A DNA stretch of 64,000 bases, from NCBI GenBank assembly GCA_963749915.1, contig CAVVOP010000020.1, positions 160,001 to 224,000 on the forward strand. Direction: 5' to 3'. A program made the position numbers and the translations under genes. A model generated the notes under the pieces. It did not search any database, was not told the origin of the DNA, and saw nothing but the letters and a program-made list of their open reading frames with translations. Each line of letters begins with the position of its first letter. The stretch's first letter is position 1. Source of the stretch: an uncultured cyanobacterium (GTDB lineage Bacteria > Cyanobacteriota > Cyanobacteriia > Cyanobacteriales > Cyanobacteriaceae). Positions 58,557-64,000 of this stretch are shown piece by piece.

Positions 58557-59728
58557 AGTTCAGCAGTGCGTCCCTTGGGAGCAAAAATACCAGCAGGTTT
58601 AATCTGAAGAAAAGCTATAATTAAGGCAAAAATCATCACTTTTGCCATGCTCGTTGTAGCAAAGAAATTAGAAAAGTTGACAATAGATTCTAGGAAGGGC
58701 GAATTACCAAAAGGTGCAAGCATTACAGTGAAGGTTCCCGAGCCAATAAGATAAGTTAATATTCCAATTACAAGGGCGGCAATCACCGTTCCCAATAAAT
58801 TTCCCACCCCACCAACTACCACCACCATAAAGGTATCAATAATGTAATTTTGTCCTGTATTTGGTCCTACAGAACCTAAAAAACTAATGCCACAACCGGC
58901 AATTCCGGCTAAACCAGAACCTATGGCAAAAGTTAAAGCATCTACCTTTCCTGTGGGAATACCCAAACAGGCACTCATGGAACGATTTTGTGTAACCGCA
59001 CGAATGCGTAAACCCCAATTAGAACGGTTTAAAAACCAATAAGTACCCACTACACAAAGGATAGTTAAAACTATAATAAAAATGCGAGTATAGGGTAATT
59101 GAAAATCTCCGATAGGAAAACCTCCTCTTAACCATTCTGGTGCGGTAACATCTACATTTCTCGCACTAAACCAAGGTTTAACTAAGGGGGAGTTAGGAAG
59201 TCGACTAATTAAAATATTAGCGACGATGGAAATAGCTAAAGAGAGAATAAAAATAACTGTGAGGGCTTGTTTTTTGATTTTTTCCAAATCTAAACGACGG
59301 CTGAGAAAAAACTTTCCTCCAAAGAATAAGAGGCAAAACAGGATAATTCCGATTACGAAACTCCAGTTAACACTGCGTACAAATTGTCGCAAAATTAAAC
59401 TCACTCCCCAGGTGGCTAGGAGAGTTTCCAATGGTCTTCCGTAAAGATAGCGAATTACCCCTCTTTCCAACACCAATCCTGCTAAAGCCGCCACTAGAAA
59501 TGCGAAAGGTAATGCTAGAAAAACATAAAGACTGAACCAAGGTTCTCCCAAGCCTTTAAACACATTTTGAACTACAAATGTCGTGTATGCTCCCAACATC
59601 ATCAACTCTCCATGAGCGAGATTAATAACGCCCATAAGTCCGAAGACAATAGCTAGTCCTAGTGCAGTAACTAATAGCACGGAACCAATACTAAGTCCGT
59701 TAAAAATTCCGTCCAATAATTCTATCAC
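58553..59728 (-). CDS. urtB: Urea ABC transporter permease
   Basis: FGLMGVINLAHGE, RPLETLLATWG, GQNYIIDTFMVVV. Confidence 0.93.
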   Translation of the reverse strand: MIELLDGIFNGLSIGSVLLVTALGLAIVFGLMGVINLAHGELMMLGAYTTFVVQNVFKGLGEPWFSLYVFLALPFAFLVAALAGLVLERGVIRYLYGRPLETLLATWGVSLILRQFVRSVNWSFVIGIILFCLLFFGGKFFLSRRLDLEKIKKQALTVIFILSLAISIVANILISRLPNSPLVKPWFSARNVDVTAPEWLRGGFPIGDFQLPYTRIFIIVLTILCVVGTYWFLNRSNWGLRIRAVTQNRSMSACLGIPTGKVDALTFAIGSGLAGIAGCGISFLGSVGPNTGQNYIIDTFMVVVVGGVGNLLGTVIAALVIGILTYLIGSGTFTVMLAPFGNSPFLESIVNFSNFFATTSMAKVMIFALIIAFLQIKPAGIFAPKGRTAEL

Positions 59729-59838
59729 TTGTTGCTATTCCCTTTCTCTAAACACAATATTTGAAGATAAACGACAGGGAAATTATTCCCCATCCAGAAC
59801 ATTAAGCAAGGAAAAATGGGCTTATTTCCATAAGTTTT

Positions 59839-61137
59839 TTACATCTTATACTTATTGCCCTTGGCTGGATCTGTCCAGTCACAAGCATAACCCTTAGTAT
59901 CGGGAACATACTGGTTCCAAGGCATAGGATCAACGGGTTTTTCCGTTGACCAAACAATGTTAAATAAGCCATCGTCCCTGACTTCTCCAATGCGTACCAT
60001 CTTGGAGATATGATGATTGGGCATCATCGTTACCATTCCTTCCGGGGCATCAAAAGTTTGACCCACTGCGGCCATTCTAACCGCTTCTAAATCATCTGCT
60101 GTTCCTGCTTTTTCTACGGCTTGCTTCCAGAGATAAACCATGATGTAAGCCGCTTCCATTGGGTCATTGGTTACCCTGTCTGCACCGTATTTTGCTTTGA
60201 AATCTGCCACCCATTTCTCATTAGCTGGACTATCAACTGTTTGAAAATAGTTCCATGCAGCATATTGTCCCAGCAAGTATTCTTTGCCAATTTGTCGAAC
60301 TTCTTCTTCGGCAATACTTACGGACATGGTAGGGTATTTGTCAGGTTTTAAGCCAGCAGCTTGTAGTTGTTTGAAGAATGCTACATTACTATCTCCATTG
60401 AGGGAATTAAAGATTACTCCACCATTGGGAAGGGCGGCTTTGATTTTTGTAATAATTGGTGTAACTTCAGTGTTACCTAAAGGTAAGTAATCTTCGCCAA
60501 CGGTTTCTCCTCCTTGAGCTTTTAATTGTTCTTTAATGATAGTGTTCGCTGTGCGGGGAAAAACATAGTCCGAACCTACTAAAAAGAATTGTTTGCCCTT
60601 ATTTTCCAACAGCCAATCTACCGCGGGTTCAATCTGTTGGTTGGGGGCGGCACCAGTATAGAAAATATTTTTTGAACATTCCTGTCCTTCATATTGAACA
60701 GGATACCAAAGCATATGATTTTTGGACTCAAAAACCGGCAAAACAGCTTGACGACTTGCGGAGGTCCAACAACCAAAAACGGTTACCACTTTATCTTGAT
60801 CGATTAGTTTGGTTGCTTTTTCAGCGAAAGTTGGCCAATCTGAACCTCCATCTTCAATAATTGGTTCAATTTCTTTACCCAACACACCGCCAGCCGCGTT
60901 AATTTCATCTATGGCCATTAATTCTGCTTCTTTAACGGTGGTTTCACTGATTGCCATTGTGCCACTTAAAGAGTGTAGAATCCCCACCTTAATTGTTTCT
61001 CCACTACCTGCAGGACTTTCTCCAGGACTCTCGGTGGGTGTAGTTGTGTTGTTTGAACAAGCCTTGAGTAATAAACTTGTCCCCAAAGTAGCAGAACCAT
61101 AAACTAAGAATTTGCGTCGTCCTATCCTATTAGTCAT
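59839..61137 (-). CDS. urtA: Urea ABC transporter substrate-binding lipoprotein
   Basis: Tat-like GRRKFL and [31 protein letters not shown]. Confidence 0.95.
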   Translation of the reverse strand: MTNRIGRRKFLVYGSATLGTSLLLKACSNNTTTPTESPGESPAGSGETIKVGILHSLSGTMAISETTVKEAELMAIDEINAAGGVLGKEIEPIIEDGGSDWPTFAEKATKLIDQDKVVTVFGCWTSASRQAVLPVFESKNHMLWYPVQYEGQECSKNIFYTGAAPNQQIEPAVDWLLENKGKQFFLVGSDYVFPRTANTIIKEQLKAQGGETVGEDYLPLGNTEVTPIITKIKAALPNGGVIFNSLNGDSNVAFFKQLQAAGLKPDKYPTMSVSIAEEEVRQIGKEYLLGQYAAWNYFQTVDSPANEKWVADFKAKYGADRVTNDPMEAAYIMVYLWKQAVEKAGTADDLEAVRMAAVGQTFDAPEGMVTMMPNHHISKMVRIGEVRDDGLFNIVWSTEKPVDPMPWNQYVPDTKGYACDWTDPAKGNKYKM

Positions 61138-61172
61138 AATTACTTATTGATACACCATCTATATTTAGTGTG

Positions 61173-61215
61173 ATGTTAGAGTTTTACCACGGGAAAAAGT
61201 GTATTCAAGGATACA
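61173..61215 (-). promoter_or_regulatory. NtcA-activated (class II) promoter of urtABCDE
   Basis: TGTA-N8-TACA at 61200-61215; TAACAT (TAN3T) at 61178-61173, exactly 22 nt downstream of the core box. Confidence 0.88.
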
Positions 61216-61298
61216 TAACACGGCTTATTTCTATAATCCAAAATTACCTAACCGAGAAATCTATTTTTGCAAGAGGTCTATTATGAACATAATATTTC

Positions 61299-61604
61299 TC
61301 AAACTTTGCCGTTTATTAGATTGTTAAAACCATATATTTCTTGAGTTCCCCCTATGGTGACTAATTCTATTTCCTTCTCATCCCCTGGTTCAAAACGAAT
61401 CGCAGTTCCTGCGGGTATATTTAGTCGCATTCCTTTTGTTTTTTCCCTGTCGAACTGTAGGGCAAAATTTACTTCATAAAAGTGAAAATGGGAACCAATT
61501 TGAATCGGTCGATCGCCTGTATTAGCCACAAGAATTTTTAGGGTAGAGCGACCTACATTTATTTCAATGTCACCCTTTTGAGCAATAATTTCCCCTGGTA
61601 TCAT
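61299..61604 (-). CDS. ureB: Urease subunit beta
   Basis: [32 protein letters not shown]. Confidence 0.96.
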   Translation of the reverse strand: MIPGEIIAQKGDIEINVGRSTLKILVANTGDRPIQIGSHFHFYEVNFALQFDREKTKGMRLNIPAGTAIRFEPGDEKEIELVTIGGTQEIYGFNNLINGKV

Positions 61605-61624
61605 TAGTCTAATTCTCCGTTTAT

Positions 61625-61927
61625 TTATTGTATTGGTTGATGAACTGTCACCAGTTTAGTTCCATCAGGAAAGGTGGCTTCCACCTGAATTTCGTGAATC
61701 ATTTCGGGGATACCTTCCATGACGTTTTCTTTAGTTAAAATGGTTCGGCCATAGCTCATTAATTCTGCCACAGTCTTGCCCTCTCTTGCTCCTTCTAAAA
61801 TGGCCGTAGTAATATAGGCAATGGCTTCGGGATAGTTAAGTTTTAATCCTTTGGCTTTGCGTCTTTCTGCCAGTAATCCAGCCGTAAAAATTAGTAATTT
61901 ATCTTTTTCCTGGGGTGATAACTGCAT
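61625..61927 (-). CDS. ureA: Urease subunit gamma
   Basis: [34 protein letters not shown]. Confidence 0.96.
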   Translation of the reverse strand: MQLSPQEKDKLLIFTAGLLAERRKAKGLKLNYPEAIAYITTAILEGAREGKTVAELMSYGRTILTKENVMEGIPEMIHEIQVEATFPDGTKLVTVHQPIQ

Positions 61928-62106
61928 AATAATTTAGGCTTTTTCAGAGTAGTTGTGATGAAAAAACAATAAAAAAGTTAATTTTTATTAACCAATATAT
62001 AGATACTGGATAATCGTAATTGCTTGAATTATTGACTTCTACGCCTATTTTATACTATTGGAGGAATGAAAATACCCTCAAAACGCTTTGCTTGCTAATT
62101 ATCTAA

Positions 62107-63762
62107 TCATTTTAACAATTTTTCTGATACCGTTAAAGTGATTAGCGATCGCAATAATAAAAAAGTAAATAATCCTGTTAAGCCGAATAAAATGACTGCC
62201 CATGAGTGATAAATAGTCGAAACGAGGAGGATACCATTGAGTAAAGAAAAACCAGTTAGACAGGCATAAATTAGGGCTTTAATGGCCAAATAAATGCTCT
62301 TAGTAATCCTTTCATTTTCTAAGGAACGTATCCTAATTTGTAGTTCCCCTTGTTCTAATCTTTCCTGGAAATTTTGGATGGTAGTTTCTAAACGGGAAGG
62401 TTTTTGTAGTTGTTGTTGGATCAAGATTTTACCTTGACGGGCAACCATTAATAATATATTGCTAGGGGAACGGGTAATTCTACGGAAAAAAGGCTGACTG
62501 GCGGCAAAAAGGCTATATTGTGGATCTAAATTACGGGCAATACCGTCAAGAGTGGTTATCGCCTTGATAATAAAAGTCATTTGGGGTGGTAAGCGAAAAG
62601 GTTGTTGCTCAAACATGATATAAATTTCCGTACTAATTTCCCGAAAAGCGTTAATATCCACAGGTTTATCGAGAAAACGAGTCAAAGAAAAGTTAATTAA
62701 GCGTCTAATGGCTGTCATATCTCCCATAGGTTTAATTAAGCCCATATATATCAATGTATCTAATACTTGATCAGCATCTTTTCGCACCATGGCAAAGAAC
62801 GTTTGTATCATCTGCTCTTGAGCCAATCCTTTTACTTCCGCCATCGCCCCAAAATCATAGAAAATAATTGAACCATCTTTCCTTACCGCCATATTACCTG
62901 GGTGAGGATCTGACTGAAAAAAACCATCTTCCAATAGTTGTTTTAAATAAGTACAAATTCCTAATTCAATTAAAGGTTTTAGAGGAATACCTTTTGTTTC
63001 TAATGTTTCTCGATCATTAATTTTTATACCGGGTAAATATTCTAATGTTAATATTTTTTTGGTCGTGTATTGCCAATAAACTTTAGGGACAATTATTCGG
63101 TGATCATTTTGAAAATTATAGCGAAAACGATCGGCATTTTCTCCTTCTTTAATATAATCTATTTCGGCAAATAAAATACTAAAAAATTCTTGATAGATTA
63201 ATTTTAATTCGTACTTTTTAAATCCAGGTAAAAAGCGATCGCCAAAATTAATAATAGTTTTTAATACATGAAAATCTAGTTTAAATAATTTTTCCAAGCC
63301 CTTTCTTTGTACTTTAATTACGACTTTTTCACCAGATTTTAATGTGGCTAAATGAACTTGTCCTAAACTAGCGGCTGCAATGGGTACTCGTTCAAATTCA
63401 CTATAAATATTATCTAATTCGTTCCCTAATTCTTGTTCAATAATAGTGATGGCATCTTCAGATAGAAAAGGAGGAACGCGGTCTTGTAACTTGCTAAATT
63501 CTTCTATATATTCTAAGGGAATTAAATCAGGACGGGTTGACAATGCCTGACCAATTTTAATAAAAGTAGGACCTAGTTTAATTAATTCTTGTACTAACCA
63601 TCTAGCTCTTTTATGATACTGTTTACTAGAATTTTTTCTGCGGATAAAATCAATAAATATAAACCAAGAAAATTGTAGTGCTACGAGAAAAATATCCCAT
63701 TGACGCTGAAAAGGGGAATAATTTTGGTAATCCCAAGATAAATTATATTGCAAGGATCTCAT
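62107..63762 (-). CDS. AarF/ABC1/UbiB-family kinase
   Basis: LGPTFIKIGQ, AAASLGQVH, IKVQR, DPHPGN, DFG. Confidence 0.92.
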   Translation of the reverse strand: MRSLQYNLSWDYQNYSPFQRQWDIFLVALQFSWFIFIDFIRRKNSSKQYHKRARWLVQELIKLGPTFIKIGQALSTRPDLIPLEYIEEFSKLQDRVPPFLSEDAITIIEQELGNELDNIYSEFERVPIAAASLGQVHLATLKSGEKVVIKVQRKGLEKLFKLDFHVLKTIINFGDRFLPGFKKYELKLIYQEFFSILFAEIDYIKEGENADRFRYNFQNDHRIIVPKVYWQYTTKKILTLEYLPGIKINDRETLETKGIPLKPLIELGICTYLKQLLEDGFFQSDPHPGNMAVRKDGSIIFYDFGAMAEVKGLAQEQMIQTFFAMVRKDADQVLDTLIYMGLIKPMGDMTAIRRLINFSLTRFLDKPVDINAFREISTEIYIMFEQQPFRLPPQMTFIIKAITTLDGIARNLDPQYSLFAASQPFFRRITRSPSNILLMVARQGKILIQQQLQKPSRLETTIQNFQERLEQGELQIRIRSLENERITKSIYLAIKALIYACLTGFSLLNGILLVSTIYHSWAVILFGLTGLFTFLLLRSLITLTVSEKLLK

Positions 63763-64000
63763 TCATTCGATAATTGAGGAAAAGTAATAGTGAAAGTGTT
63801 AAGATAATTGTCTGATTTATTTAGGGAAATACTAGAAACATCAATTATTCCGTTTAAATTTTGTACCAAAGATTTGACTAAAGCCAACCCTAAACCAGTG
63901 CCACTATTGGTAACATTTTCTATCTCTTGCCCTTGATAAAAAGGTTTGAAAATTTGTATTGTCTCTTCTGCATTAATGGCACATCCATAATTACTGATCT
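63759..64000 (-). CDS. Sensor histidine kinase, C-terminal HATPase_c part (5' end outside the window)
   Basis: Manual translation ...IFKPFYQG...GTGLGLALVKSLVQNLNGII...FTITFPQLSNE*; its TGA overlaps the AarF ATG. Confidence 0.85.
   Translation of the reverse strand, partial: ISNYGCAINAEETIQIFKPFYQGQEIENVTNSGTGLGLALVKSLVQNLNGIIDVSSISLNKSDNYLNTFTITFPQLSNE

Overview
Chromosomal segment of an AT-rich unicellular cyanobacterium. The assignment rests on HIP1 GCGATCGC sites, NtcA boxes, ndhO, cyanophycinase and the urt operon; the style suggests Chroococcales such as Geminocystis or Cyanobacterium (inference). No rRNA, tRNA or CRISPR array was seen. Left to right: (1) 1-5.4 kb is a rearranged zone with N-ATPase atpE/atpF, a decayed arylsulfatase and an IS4/IS50-type element between two 5'-truncated genes. 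(2) rluA-like and murE housekeeping genes follow. (3) A ~10 kb minus-strand, mixed-GC stress-type block carries csbD x2, a small lmo0937-like gene missed by the ORF track, cphB, YggT, eRF1-like, DUF302, VIT1, GH13, desC and a P3A H+-ATPase. (4) wzc, capD-like and dnaK with a K-box-like site. (5) A surface-glycan locus surrounds an RTX protein gene. It holds the strongest novelty candidate: a GT-B (GT4) glycosyltransferase apparently split across genes, with two N-terminal halves each fused to a different methyltransferase and one C-terminal half fused to a GT2-like domain. Three proteins there share a coiled-coil plus MESSKFW-type tail. (6) ruvB and a NERD-helicase-pentapeptide gene. (7) An ion/osmotic block with a Na+/H+ antiporter, two MscS and a CAT-like gene. 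(8) mdh/ndhO, a candidate sRNA, and a GT/PhyH/sulfotransferase cluster inside a perfect 39-bp inverted repeat. (9) urtABCDE with an NtcA promoter, ureAB, an AarF kinase and a partial histidine kinase. All family assignments come from motif recognition by eye, not from database searches.
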